Notes under the pieces: generated by a model
The model's database searches: none
What the model was told of the DNA's origin: nothing
The model's input: only the letters and a program-made list of their open reading frames with translations
Part shown: positions 1 to 10,212 of the stretch, in pieces
Numbering within the stretch: the first letter of the stretch is position 1
Layout of the letters: each line of letters opens with the position of its first letter
Assembly (NCBI GenBank): GCA_963823665.1
Contig: CAWGMQ010000005.1
Coordinates: 1,312,001 to 1,376,000, forward strand
DNA length: 64,000 nt
Direction of reading: 5' to 3'
Source: an uncultured Planctomycetota bacterium
Lineage (GTDB): Bacteria > Planctomycetota > Planctomycetia > Isosphaerales > Isosphaeraceae
Program-made: the position numbers and the translations under genes

Positions 1-1254
1 GCGAGCATCTTGACCGGGAAGCTCCCGCAGGAGCACGGCATCGTCGGCAATGGCTGGCTCTTTCGCGACACGCGCGAAGTGCGCTTCTGGCAGCAGTCAA
101 GCGCGCCTCGATCCAGGCCGAGACGATCGATCAGGCGCTCGGCCGCGTCGCGGCGGCTCGCGGCCGTCCGATGCGGGTTGCCAAGCTCTTCTGGTGGTTC
201 AACCAGGGTTCCGCGGCCGAGTTCTCCGTGACGCCGAAGCCCCACTACGGCGCCGATGGAAACAAGGTCTTCGGAATCACCGGCACGCCCGATGGATTGT
301 GCGAAAGGCTCGAACGGTCGCTGGGACGCTTTCCGTTCCACACATTCTGGGGACCGAAGGCGGGGCTGCCATGCACCGAATGGATCGCGCGGTGCGCGGC
401 CCTAGTCTTCCGCAGCCACCACCCCGATCTCACGCTCGTCTACCTGCCGCATCTGGATTACGACCCTCAGCGATTCGGTCCGTCCGGGTGCGACATGGCT
501 CGCCTGACCGGCGAGCTCGACCAAGCCTGCGGCGCCGATCCTCGATGCCGCGGCTGCCGACGGAGCTCGCGTCTGGATCGTATCCGAGTACGGCCACACC
601 GACGTGACGCAGCCGATTCTTCTCAACCGGGTGCTCCGCGAAGCAGGGTTGCTCAAGGTTCGACCTGGCCCGTTCGGCGAGGTACTCGACACATTCCTCA
701 GCCCGGCATTTGCCGTCTGTGATCACCAGGTCGCCCATATCTACTTGAACGGCGCCGATGACCGGCTATCGGGCCGGGTCAACGAGCTGCTCCTGGGTGT
801 GAGCGGCGTTGCGCGGGTTTACGCAGGCCGGCAGCGAGCGGAAATCGGTCTCGATCATCCACGGTCCGGTGAACTGGTGGCCATGTCGCGGGATGATTCA
901 TGGTTTGCTTATCCCTACTGGCTCGACGATCGGCTGGCTCCGGATTTCGCCCGGACCGTCGACATACACCGCAAACCCGGTTATGACCCGTGCGAGCTTT
1001 TCTTCGACCCTGCGCGATTCTGGCCCGAGGGCCGGGCCATCTTCCAGCTCGCACGCAAGAAGCTGGGATTCCGCAGCCTTCTCGACGTGGTGCCGTTAGA
1101 CGCACGAGTTGTGCGCGGAAGCCACGGCGTGCCTGCGGTCGATCAAGAGGACAAGCCGGTGCTCATTGGTGACGGCCCGCCGCCCTCCGCCGGCGCTGCG
1201 ATCGCGATGATCGAAACCCACGATCTCTTGTGGCGGGCGCTGGTTCCTGACTAG
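1..1254 (+). CDS. Alkaline phosphatase superfamily / nucleotide pyrophosphatase (EboF-like); 5' end outside window; split over three frames
   Basis: Segments LTGKLPQEHGIVGNGW, LVYLPHLDYDPQRFGP, VSEYG, VDIHRKPGYDPCELF and VRGSHG lie in successive frames (ORFs 10..231, 171..722, 604..1254). Frameshifts near 110 and 530. Confidence 0.8.
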
Positions 1255-1336
1255 CATTGATAGGATCGCTGTTCCCGCCGCTTTTTTCTCGGGAGCGAGC
1301 GCATCGACCCCGTGTTGCTGGTATGAGGGCTCACTG

Positions 1337-3628
1337 ATGCTCCGCTCGCGGAAGACGTTTTGGCGGGTCGGTCTGATCGCGACGCTGATCGTCGTCGTGT
1401 CGCTTTGCGATCGACGGGGAGCCCGGGGCGACGTGACCAGCGAGGAAGTCGAACATGCGATTCGCGAGGGTGTTCGCTATTTGAAGGACAAGCAAGCGCC
1501 CGACGGCTCGTGGGCCGACGTCGATCAAGCCGCGCGAACCGGGGTGACGAGTCTGGTCACGCTCGCGCTCATGACCGCGGGTGAGAAACCGAGCTCACCG
1601 AAGATTCAGCTCGCCCTCGAGTTCCTCAGACAATTCCAACCCGATCAGCTCAATAGCACGTATGCCGTTGGCCTTCAAACCATGGTCTTTGCCGCGGCGG
1701 AACCGGTTCGCGATCGGGCCCGGATCCTGGCGAACGTGGAATTCCTCGAGCGCGGCCAGATCAAGCTGGGCGAGCGGACCCCCTGGCCGGGGTCGTGGAA
1801 CTATCACATCCCGATGCACGGCGGCGATAACTCGAACACACAATATGCACTCCTGGGGTTGAATGCGGGCAGAGAAGCCGGAGTGACAGTCCGGCCCGAG
1901 GTCTGGCTGCTTTCGCGCACCTACTTCGAGGTTTACCAGAACCGTGATGGCGGCTGGGGCTACACGCCGGGTGTAAAGCAATCAACCGCAAGCATGACCT
2001 GTGCCGGCGTCTCCAGCCTGATCCTCTCCGGTGCCCGGCGCTACGAGAGTCTTGAGCATCTTCAGGGCGAGGGCATTCGCGACTGCGGCAAAGGGGGCTT
2101 TAACCCGAACATCGATCGAGCCGTCAACTGGCTCGCCAACCACTTTGATGTGCGGCAGAACTTCGGCAACGGGCAGCAATGGAGATATTATTACCTCTAC
2201 GCGCTCGAGCGGGCCGGCCGGCTAACCGGGGTGCGCTTCTTCGGGCAGAACGACTGGTATCGCCTGGGTGCCGAACAGCTCGTCAAGGAACAGAACACGC
2301 TGTCCGGTTTCTGGCGGGGAGGGACGGAAAACGACATTGTAGCGACCTCGTTTGCTCTGCTCTTCCTGGCCAAGGGGCGCGCGCCGGTGTTGATCAACAA
2401 GCTGCGTCATTCGCGGGGCCAGGATTGGAACAACGACCCCGACGACGTTCGCAACATGGTCTCCATTGTCTCTGAAGACTGGAAGAGCCTTCTTGCATGG
2501 CAGGTGGTGGACCCGCGCACCGCTACGATTCAGGAGATGCTCCAGGCACCGATCGTGTTCTTCAACGGGCATGAGGTCCCGGAGTTCTCGGAGCAGGCCA
2601 AGAAGAATCTCCAGGCGTTTGTCGAACAAGGGGGTTTCATCTTCGCCGACGCCTGCTGCGGCAGCCGCGCTTTCGACGCGGGCTTCAAGCGTTTGATGAA
2701 AGAGCTCTTCCCAGACCCGAGCATCGAGCTCAAGTCCCTGCCCGACGACCACCCGGTCTGGCGATCCAAGCATCTGCTTTCACCAGACATCCATCCGCTT
2801 TTGGGGATAGATTACGGCTGCCGCACGGTTGTCATTTATTCCCCGGCCGATCTCTCCTGCTACTGGAACCAACTGGAGCACTCCCCGGCCAACGTGGCCG
2901 TCATCAAGTCGATCAAGGTTGGACAGAATGTCATCGACTACGCCACGGGCCGCGAGATGCCGGCTGACAAGCTGGTCATTCGCGATATCGTCGACTTCAA
3001 GACCGAGGGGGCCAAGCGAGGCGCACTGCGGCTGGCCAAGCTCAAGCACAGCGGCGACTGGAACATCGCCCCTCAGGCAATCCCCAACTTGATGGAAGTT
3101 CTCCGCAAGCCCCCGCTCTCCTTCGAAGTTGTGATCAAGCAAAAAGACTTGCTTCCGCGCGACCCCGACTTGACCTATTACCCCTTGATCTATTTGCACG
3201 GCCGCGCGGCGCTCTCCTTTGACGACGTCGACCTCGAGGCGCTGCGCAAACATCTCGACCCCGGAAGTGGAACTCTCTTCGCGGATGCCGCCTGCGGCAG
3301 CGCCAGTTTTGACGGGTCGTTTCGCAAGTTCGTCGCCCTGCTGCTGCCGAACAACCCGCTCGTACCGATCCCGCAGGACGACGAGCTCTACACCACCAAG
3401 GTGGGCTTCGACCTCAAGGACGTGCACTACACCGAGTCAGCCGGAGGCGCACGCGGTTTTCCTCAGCTCGAAGGAGTCAAGATCGACAACCACTGGGCGA
3501 TCATCTATTCCAAGTTCGATATCGGCTGCGCGCTCGAGCGGCACACCGGCATGGGGTGCAAGGGCTATGTCCACGAAAGCGCGGTCAGGATCGCCGCAAA
3601 TATCGTGATCTATTCGACTCTGCCATGA
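1337..3628 (+). CDS. Exported protein with prenyltransferase/squalene-cyclase-like repeats and two DUF4159-like domains
   Basis: 763-aa ORF with signal peptide, QxxDGSW/QNRDGGWGY repeats, GDNSNTQYALLGL, and two copies of GGF/TLFADAxCG...F. Confidence 0.8.
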   Translation: MLRSRKTFWRVGLIATLIVVVSLCDRRGARGDVTSEEVEHAIREGVRYLKDKQAPDGSWADVDQAARTGVTSLVTLALMTAGEKPSSPKIQLALEFLRQFQPDQLNSTYAVGLQTMVFAAAEPVRDRARILANVEFLERGQIKLGERTPWPGSWNYHIPMHGGDNSNTQYALLGLNAGREAGVTVRPEVWLLSRTYFEVYQNRDGGWGYTPGVKQSTASMTCAGVSSLILSGARRYESLEHLQGEGIRDCGKGGFNPNIDRAVNWLANHFDVRQNFGNGQQWRYYYLYALERAGRLTGVRFFGQNDWYRLGAEQLVKEQNTLSGFWRGGTENDIVATSFALLFLAKGRAPVLINKLRHSRGQDWNNDPDDVRNMVSIVSEDWKSLLAWQVVDPRTATIQEMLQAPIVFFNGHEVPEFSEQAKKNLQAFVEQGGFIFADACCGSRAFDAGFKRLMKELFPDPSIELKSLPDDHPVWRSKHLLSPDIHPLLGIDYGCRTVVIYSPADLSCYWNQLEHSPANVAVIKSIKVGQNVIDYATGREMPADKLVIRDIVDFKTEGAKRGALRLAKLKHSGDWNIAPQAIPNLMEVLRKPPLSFEVVIKQKDLLPRDPDLTYYPLIYLHGRAALSFDDVDLEALRKHLDPGSGTLFADAACGSASFDGSFRKFVALLLPNNPLVPIPQDDELYTTKVGFDLKDVHYTESAGGARGFPQLEGVKIDNHWAIIYSKFDIGCALERHTGMGCKGYVHESAVRIAANIVIYSTLP

Positions 3629-3663
3629 CGTCGCCCCGGTCACCATTTTTTCAGGCACGGCGC

Positions 3664-4362
3664 TCAGTGGTTCCGCACCAGCCCCAGTGTTGCCCATGCG
3701 CAACCGGCACCAGTGATCGGAATCAGGCTCTTTGACCCTTCGCCGCCGGGTTTGACCGGCCGCGAAGTCATCGGCCACGAGCCATCGTCGCGTTGGGTCC
3801 TGATCAGAAAACTGCGAGCATTCGCGATGGCTGGCCTCGTCGGGCTTGATTCCCGCGTGGCCCAGAGCATAGTCGGAGTCGCCGAAGATTGGCGGACGGG
3901 TTTCGGGCCATGCGGACCACGACCCGTTTTCGGTCTGGTCGCTCTTCACGGTGTTCAAGAGGAGTTTCAGTCCGTTCTGCGAGACGGCGCCCGGCTGGGG
4001 ATCGGCGCCAGCGCCAGGGCAAACCACACGGCCTTAGGATTGAGCGCTCTGGGTGCGCTCGGGGGCCTCGGCTGACCGAATTTGCCGTCGCCCGACGTGG
4101 CAATCCATTGCGTCAATTCGGCCAGAACCGTTTCATTGACTCTGTGGCCGCGCTGCTTCGCCTCGTGCATTGACCAGATGACGAGGCCGGGGTGATGGCA
4201 CGCGACGGAATTGTGCTCGGCCTTCCAGGTCATCGCATCGTCAGCCAGAAATGCAAGGCCACGCTCGATCGTGCCGTTCACATCGGTTGGTTTGTCGCGG
4301 ACTTCCTGGGCTGATTCCACCCCGGAAAGCAGGATCGCAAGGGCGCTGACAAACCACCGCAC
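3664..4362 (-). pseudogene. Degraded exported protein with prenyltransferase/squalene-cyclase-like repeats
   Basis: TIERGLAFL, QTENGSW and FLIRTQRDDGSWPM lie in three frames (3967..4362, 3437..4027, 3664..3870). An internal deletion is apparent after FGDSD. Confidence 0.6.
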
Positions 4363-4496
4363 GTCAAATCTCCCGACGCGCCAGGCTGCAATTCTCGTGT
4401 GCCCTCATGGGCCGTGCTCAGGCACGTTCAGTGTACCGAGTCGTTGCCCCCTGGCCAACGACGTCCTCGTTGTGTTGACGGTCGTCTCAAGCGTTC

Positions 4497-5822
4497 TCAC
4501 CATCCGGCGCGATATTCACGTTTGATGAACGGAGACGCCTCGGGGCAGCCCTGAGCCTCCATGGCTTCGGCATTCCAGAGGATCTTCCGGCCGGTTCGCA
4601 GTGCGAGGTTGGCCACGAGCATGGTTTCGGTCAGTCTGGAAGCGAAGCCATCGAACCGGCAGAAGGCCGGGGCGCCGCCGCGGCAGGCGGCCAGCCACTC
4701 CTGGTGATGGCTCTGGCCCGGAGCGCGGGGCTCGGAAGGCTGGGGAGCTTTGAAGTCGCGAAACCGATCTGCGGGCAAGAGCGCCCAATCCCCGCCAGTC
4801 CACTCCACTGACGAGAGCGTTCCTTTTGCGCCCACGACAATCGCGCCGTTGTCGGCAAGCTTCTGGCCGCCGACCAGCTCCGCCCTTGGTTTTTGTCCCC
4901 CATCGTACCAGTACAGCGTGATCGGGCCGCGGCCACCGCCGGCTGGAAACTCGAGCTTGAGCCGCGACCAGACCGGAAATGTCTCGGGCTTGAGCCCGGA
5001 TGTCTCGAGGATCTCTGCCGTCGCAGGCGGGCCGAGCTGGAGCGCGGCAAACGGCATGGCCGCGTTGTGGATTCCCATGTCTCCCACTGCGCCGGTGCCG
5101 AAATCCTTCCAGCCTCGCCAGATGAAAGGGCAATAGGCAGGATGATAGGGGCGATCTTGGGCCACACCCAGCCAGAGGTTCCAGTCCAGGCTTCCGGGGA
5201 CGGGCGGCGTGTCGCGCGGGCGATCAATCCCCTGGGGCCAGAACCCGATCGGGCGATCCGTCCAGACGTGCAATTCCTTGACGTCTCCGAGCACCCCCGA
5301 CCGGATCAACTCGATGCCGGCCCTGGCTCCGTCACCGGCCATGCCCTGGGTGCCCATCTGTGTTGCCAGCTTCTTCTCCCTGGCGAGGCTGGCCATCCGC
5401 CGCGCCTCGTCGATGCTCCAGGTGAGCGGCTTCTCGCAATAGACGTGCTTGCCTAGCTCCATGGCGGCCAGGCTGACCGGGGCGTGCATGTGGTCGGGAA
5501 TGCTAACGACGACCGCGTCGATCTGCTGATGCTGCGCATCGAGCATCTTGCGGTAATCGCGGAAGCGCTTCGCCTTGGGGTAGCGCCCGAACGCGTCTGC
5601 CGCGCGCTTCTCGTCCACGTCGCAAAGCGCGACGATGTTCTCGCCGGCCACCTTGTCGAGGTTCTCAGCTCCCTGCCCACCGCAACCGACGATGGCCAAG
5701 TTCAGCTTATCGTTTGGGCGGGCGCCTCCCGCTGGCAGAGAGGCCATGCTCGAAGCGCCAATAGCAATCCCTGTCGCGCCGAAGTGGCGCAGCACCCGTC
5801 TGCGATTCCAGTGGTCGCTCAT
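4497..5822 (-). CDS. Gfo/Idh/MocA family oxidoreductase with Tat-like signal
   Basis: NRRRVLR signal, IVGCGGQG Rossmann motif, PDHMH, HVYCEKP, GAVGDMGIH. Confidence 0.92.
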   Translation of the reverse strand: MSDHWNRRRVLRHFGATGIAIGASSMASLPAGGARPNDKLNLAIVGCGGQGAENLDKVAGENIVALCDVDEKRAADAFGRYPKAKRFRDYRKMLDAQHQQIDAVVVSIPDHMHAPVSLAAMELGKHVYCEKPLTWSIDEARRMASLAREKKLATQMGTQGMAGDGARAGIELIRSGVLGDVKELHVWTDRPIGFWPQGIDRPRDTPPVPGSLDWNLWLGVAQDRPYHPAYCPFIWRGWKDFGTGAVGDMGIHNAAMPFAALQLGPPATAEILETSGLKPETFPVWSRLKLEFPAGGGRGPITLYWYDGGQKPRAELVGGQKLADNGAIVVGAKGTLSSVEWTGGDWALLPADRFRDFKAPQPSEPRAPGQSHHQEWLAACRGGAPAFCRFDGFASRLTETMLVANLALRTGRKILWNAEAMEAQGCPEASPFIKREYRAGW

Positions 5823-6036
5823 GAGCGCGGCTCCTCACATCGTGGTTGAGTAATTGACGTCCGATTCGTGCTCGCCTCGTCCGCATGGGTGGCCGCCCTC
5901 TTTGAAACGGAGAGCGATGCGTCTACCATCGCGGTCATTGAACGTCGTGTTGTTGCTGGCGGAAACCTGCGGACGAGCTTTCCTGGAGTCGATGGTCGAA
6001 GCCGGCAGATAGCGCGCGATGCGGTGTTGAGGATAC

Positions 6037-7148
6037 GTGATGATAAAATCACCAATCTGGGTTCTGGCAATCGTGATCGGCTCTGGCCCCGCCGACGGGA
6101 AAGAATGCCAGTCTCTCGGGGCGCCGACCGTCTCGTCGCCGCAAGTCGACGATGCGGTCAAGCCGGCGCCCGCGGGCGAGCCCGCGCCGGTGCAGACCCG
6201 CACGGTTCTGGGCATCAGGGGCACACGCTTCACGCTCAACAGCAAGCCTACCTTCCTGCTGGGTATCAGTTATTACGGCGGCCTTGGCGCGCCCGACGAG
6301 TTCCTCAGACGCGATCTCGACGAATTGCAGCGACACGGCTTCAACTGGCTGCGGGTCTGGGCCACTTGCGGGCTATTTGGTCAGGATATTTCTGTCGTTG
6401 GTCAAAAGGGTCACGCGCCGAACCCCATCTGGAAAAACTCAAGCGAATCTTGGCGGAGTGCGATCGACGCGGGTTGGTGGTTGACGTGACGCTCACTCGC
6501 GCCAGTACGACGCCCGGCTGGGGCCTGCCGAACTTCGAAGCGCACGAGCGTGCCGTGCAGACGATTGTCGTGCCGCTCAAGGAATATCGCAACTGGTACC
6601 TCGACCTCGCCAACGAGCGTGACGTGCGCGACGAGCGTTTTGTTCCGGTAGACGAGCTCAAAACCCTCCGGGAACTCGTCCGCCGGCTTGATCCGGCGCG
6701 GTTGGTCACGGCGTCGCTCGGTGGCCATGAGGTGAGTGAGGCCGATCTGCGTGATTCCTTGCAGACTGCCGGCCTTGATTTCGTGACACCGCATCGACCG
6801 AGGGATCCTGGATCACCAGCACAAACCGATGCCAAGACCCGCGAGTGCCTCGCAATGATGAAAAAGCTGGGGCGAGTTGTGCCCGTGCATTACCAGGAAC
6901 CGCTTCGTCGGGGATACGTCCAGTCGGAGCCGACGGCCGCGGACATCCTGACCGACCTTCGCGGCGCACTGACCGGGGGAGCCGCCGGTTGGTGTTTCCA
7001 TAACGGGCCACAGCGCGGCACGAAAGACAACCTCCCTCGACGTTCCTTCGACCTTCGGCGCGCGCGGCTTTTTGACCAACTGGACGCCGAGGAACGAATC
7101 GTTGTCGAGCGCGCTTCGGCAGAGGTGAGCCTCGTGCACAAATTATGA
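6037..7148 (+). CDS. Exported glycoside hydrolase-like TIM-barrel protein; one frameshift near 6415
   Basis: FTLNSKPTFLLGISYY...DLDELQRHGFNWLRVW in ORF 6037..6489 continues as LKRILAECDRRGLVVDVTL, DLANE, PVHYQEP, GWCFH in ORF 5868..7148. Confidence 0.6.
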
Positions 7149-7175
7149 GCCACCCATCACTGCAAACCGTTGCAG

Positions 7176-7409
7176 ATGAGGAGGCTCATTATGGGGTCGG
7201 GACGCCTATCGCGATTCACGTTGATCGGGGCGGCTCTTGCCGTGTTCCTGCTATTCCCGGCGCGAGCCCAAGACCCGTCGAGCCGCGAGCTTACCGCCTT
7301 GGCTCCCGTCCTCGACAGCTCCGACGGCGGCTGCCGGAGCCTCGACATCGGCGGATGGGTCGGAGCGGATAAGGCCCTCGGCATGAAGCTGACGTTCCGC
7401 GTCAATTGA
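7176..7409 (+). pseudogene. Probable truncated N-terminus of an exported protein
   Basis: Signal-peptide-like segment (FTLIGAALAVFLLFPARA/QD) followed by only about 45 aa, which run into the convergent gene. Confidence 0.3.
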
Positions 7410-8190
7410 TCTGACCAAGGCGCTGCGAGATCGCGCTGAACTGAGCGGCGACGGGGCGGTCGGACGCGGGCCAGATCGTCAAGAATCCGCGGTAGCCTAT
7501 CTCTTCCAGAGCACCGAGGTATTCTTCCCAGTCGAGGCCGCCGGGGCGAAACCCGAATCCGCGCGGATTGGCCGCGGCAGAAGCGGCAGCGTGGACGGCA
7601 TCGTTCGCATAAGCGTGGACGATCCACCCTCCGAGCAAGCGCGCCGAGGCGATGGGATCAGTTCCGGACGGTAACGCCGCGGCGGGATCGATGCTGACCG
7701 CCAGGGCGGGCAGGCCCATCGTCTCGAGGAACGCTTTGAGGGGTTCAGCCGGCTCGGAGCCCGTCTCGATGGCCAACTGGACCCCACGGTGCTCGGCCCG
7801 TGTGCCCAGGTCGCGGAGCGCTGTCGTGAACGCTTCTCGGCGAGCGGCCTCGTCCTCCGGCGGGACCGCGCCGACACGCGCGAGCACGATTTTCGTGCCC
7901 AGCTCATAGGCCATGCCAAAAGCACTATCCGCCCGGCGAATCCGGTCGTCGAGCTGGTCGGGTGTGTCGAATGAGCGCCGGGTCGGCAGCGCCAGTGCCG
8001 CGAGCGGCAGCTCGACCGATCGGAGCAGATGGCGGATTTCGCGGCGGCCGGTCTCGCTCAAGCGATGCGGCGCCAGCTCACCCGAGGCGTCGAGCACGAC
8101 GCCCCGAGCACCCAGGCGGGCGGCTTCGTGGATTTGCTCGCGAGCGGGCTGGTCGGCGTCGAGGCGAAGGGCGAGTGGATGGCGGATCAT
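7402..8190 (-). CDS. Sugar phosphate isomerase/epimerase (xylose isomerase-like TIM barrel)
   Basis: 262 aa; LAIETG, VSIDPA, IVHAYAND, GGLDWEEYLGALEEIGYRG. Confidence 0.85.
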   Translation of the reverse strand: MIRHPLALRLDADQPAREQIHEAARLGARGVVLDASGELAPHRLSETGRREIRHLLRSVELPLAALALPTRRSFDTPDQLDDRIRRADSAFGMAYELGTKIVLARVGAVPPEDEAARREAFTTALRDLGTRAEHRGVQLAIETGSEPAEPLKAFLETMGLPALAVSIDPAAALPSGTDPIASARLLGGWIVHAYANDAVHAAASAAANPRGFGFRPGGLDWEEYLGALEEIGYRGFLTIWPASDRPVAAQFSAISQRLGQIN

Positions 8191-8236
8191 GTCTACGGGC
8201 CGATCCGTTTAAGGTGACGAATGGAAAAACCACGCG

Positions 8237-8926
8237 CTATTGGGCGTACTCTTGGAGCGGTTCAAGGAGTCGTTTGATCGGCCCAGGAAAATCCTCCCAC
8301 GTCGCTTGATAGCTGGCCTCGAGCGGTGCAGTCACATAGGAACCGGACTTGAGGAATAAGGGCATCTCTGGCAGCTTGTCGCGCACCGCAATCGTTTCGA
8401 CGTAGGCTGTAACCGCCAGTCCAGGATCGTATGCCGCCAAGAGCAGGCGTTTTTCCATCGGAAGCTCGAAGTCTTCTTTTACGAATTCGTCCCAGATTGC
8501 CTTGTGAATTCCGAAAGGATCTCGATCGGTGGGCGGAAAGAGATCGATCACGAGCAAGGCATTGCCGTGCCGAACCAGGTGAGAAACCCTCTCGACAAAT
8601 GCTCGCAGCTCAACATGGCTCGCCTTGTTGCCTGGCGAAACGATCTCGATTGCGGCAACGATTTGCCGGAGTTTGTCTCGTACAGCGACCCGGTCTGCCA
8701 TCTTGACGTAGAGAGCTGCTTCGGCGACGGCCACGTCTGCCTCATCCAACGACGGGCCAAAGGTCGCGACCTCCGGAATTGGACCGCTAATTGACCGCTC
8801 CGGAAGCGCGAAATAGTCCGGCGGTAGTAACCCTCGATTCAAGGCATCACACAGTTTGACGGTCCAGCTCTGGTGGAAGGCGTAGAACAAGCCGGCATCA
8901 ACGCGCGTCCAGTCGTGTACCGGCAC
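8237..8926 (-). CDS. DUF4058 family protein (PD-(D/E)xK-like)
   Basis: MPVHDWTRVDAG start, AAIEIVSPGNK, LLVIDLFPP, LPEMPLFL. Lower GC than its neighbours. Confidence 0.75.
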   Translation of the reverse strand: MPVHDWTRVDAGLFYAFHQSWTVKLCDALNRGLLPPDYFALPERSISGPIPEVATFGPSLDEADVAVAEAALYVKMADRVAVRDKLRQIVAAIEIVSPGNKASHVELRAFVERVSHLVRHGNALLVIDLFPPTDRDPFGIHKAIWDEFVKEDFELPMEKRLLLAAYDPGLAVTAYVETIAVRDKLPEMPLFLKSGSYVTAPLEASYQATWEDFPGPIKRLLEPLQEYAQ

Positions 8927-8999
8927 AGCGGCTAACTCCCGACAAAATCAGAGCTACCTTCCGCGGCTCGGATCGCGTGCCGTTGCGGCGCGGTCGGCT

Positions 9000-10163
9000 T
9001 TAATTATCGCATCTTTCAAAAATCGTCGCCACGCCCTGTCCCTGGCCGATGCACATCGTGGCCAGGCCGAGCTTGGCTCCCTGGTCGCGCATGCGGTGAA
9101 GCAGTGTTGTTGCGATCCGGGCGCCGCTGGCCCCAAGAGGATGGCCGATCGCGATGGCTCCGCCGCGGGTGTTCACGTTCTCTTCGCCGATGCCCAGCAG
9201 TTTGAGCACCGACAGCACCTGGACAGCGAACGCCTCGTTGAGCTCGATGCACTCGATCTGGTCGAGCTTGAGGCCAGCTCGCTTGAGGGCTTTTTGAACG
9301 GCGGGAACCGGGCCGATGCCCATTTCTTCGGGGTTCACGCCGGCGACGGCCATTGCACGGATCCAGGCGATCGGCTTCTGGCCCAGTTCCTTGGCTTTTT
9401 CTTCCGACATCACCAGAAGCGCCGCGGCGCCGACATTGATCGGCGAGCTGTTGCCGGCCGTCACGCTGCCGCCATCGGGATTGAACGCCGGCGGAAGGGA
9501 TCCGAGCGCGTCGAGCGAAGTTTCGCGGCGGATGCACTGGTCGCCTGAAAGCAGAACTTTGTGGCCGGCTTCGTCGCGTCCCCAGGTGGGAATGATCTCG
9601 GTGGCGAACTGGCCGCCGTCGGTCGCCTTGGCGGCGAGCTGATGGCTGCGCAGGGCGAATTCATCCTGTTTGCCCCGCGGGATCCGGTATTTCGCCGCCA
9701 GGTACTCGGCGGTGAGCCCCATGTTCATGATCGCCTCGCTGTGTCTTCGGAAGAGCGAGGGACAGGGGTTGTAGTCCTTGTTCATCGGCACGTGTTCCAT
9801 GTGCTCGACGCCGCCGGCCAAATGGACGTCCTCGCACCCGGCGGCGATGCTCATGGCAGCGTCGTTGATCGCCTGCAAGCTCGAGGCGCAGTTGCGGTTG
9901 ATCGTTACACCACCCGTCTGCTCGGGCAGCCCGGCGACGAGCGCGGCAATTCGCGCGACGTCAAAGCCCTGCTCGCCCTGCTGCTGCACACACCCCCAGC
10001 GCACGTCTTCGATCTCCTGGGGCGCCACTCCCGTGCGCTTGAGGATCGCTTGCATCACATGGGCCGAGAGGTCCTCGGAACGGACGTCGCGAAAGTATCC
10101 TTTGTCTGCGGATGCGCGCCCGACCGGGGTTCGCACCGCGTCAATAACGACGGCTTTTCTCAT
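9000..10163 (-). CDS. fadA: Acetyl-CoA C-acyltransferase (thiolase)
   Basis: NRNCASS catalytic Cys, ELNEAFA, GGAIAIGHPLGASG, TMCIGQGQG. Confidence 0.93.
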   Translation of the reverse strand: MRKAVVIDAVRTPVGRASADKGYFRDVRSEDLSAHVMQAILKRTGVAPQEIEDVRWGCVQQQGEQGFDVARIAALVAGLPEQTGGVTINRNCASSLQAINDAAMSIAAGCEDVHLAGGVEHMEHVPMNKDYNPCPSLFRRHSEAIMNMGLTAEYLAAKYRIPRGKQDEFALRSHQLAAKATDGGQFATEIIPTWGRDEAGHKVLLSGDQCIRRETSLDALGSLPPAFNPDGGSVTAGNSSPINVGAAALLVMSEEKAKELGQKPIAWIRAMAVAGVNPEEMGIGPVPAVQKALKRAGLKLDQIECIELNEAFAVQVLSVLKLLGIGEENVNTRGGAIAIGHPLGASGARIATTLLHRMRDQGAKLGLATMCIGQGQGVATIFERCDN

Positions 10164-10212
10164 CGAAGTGTTCTCCCGCCGTGAATGTTTTGATCGATTG
10201 ATCGATGTTCGT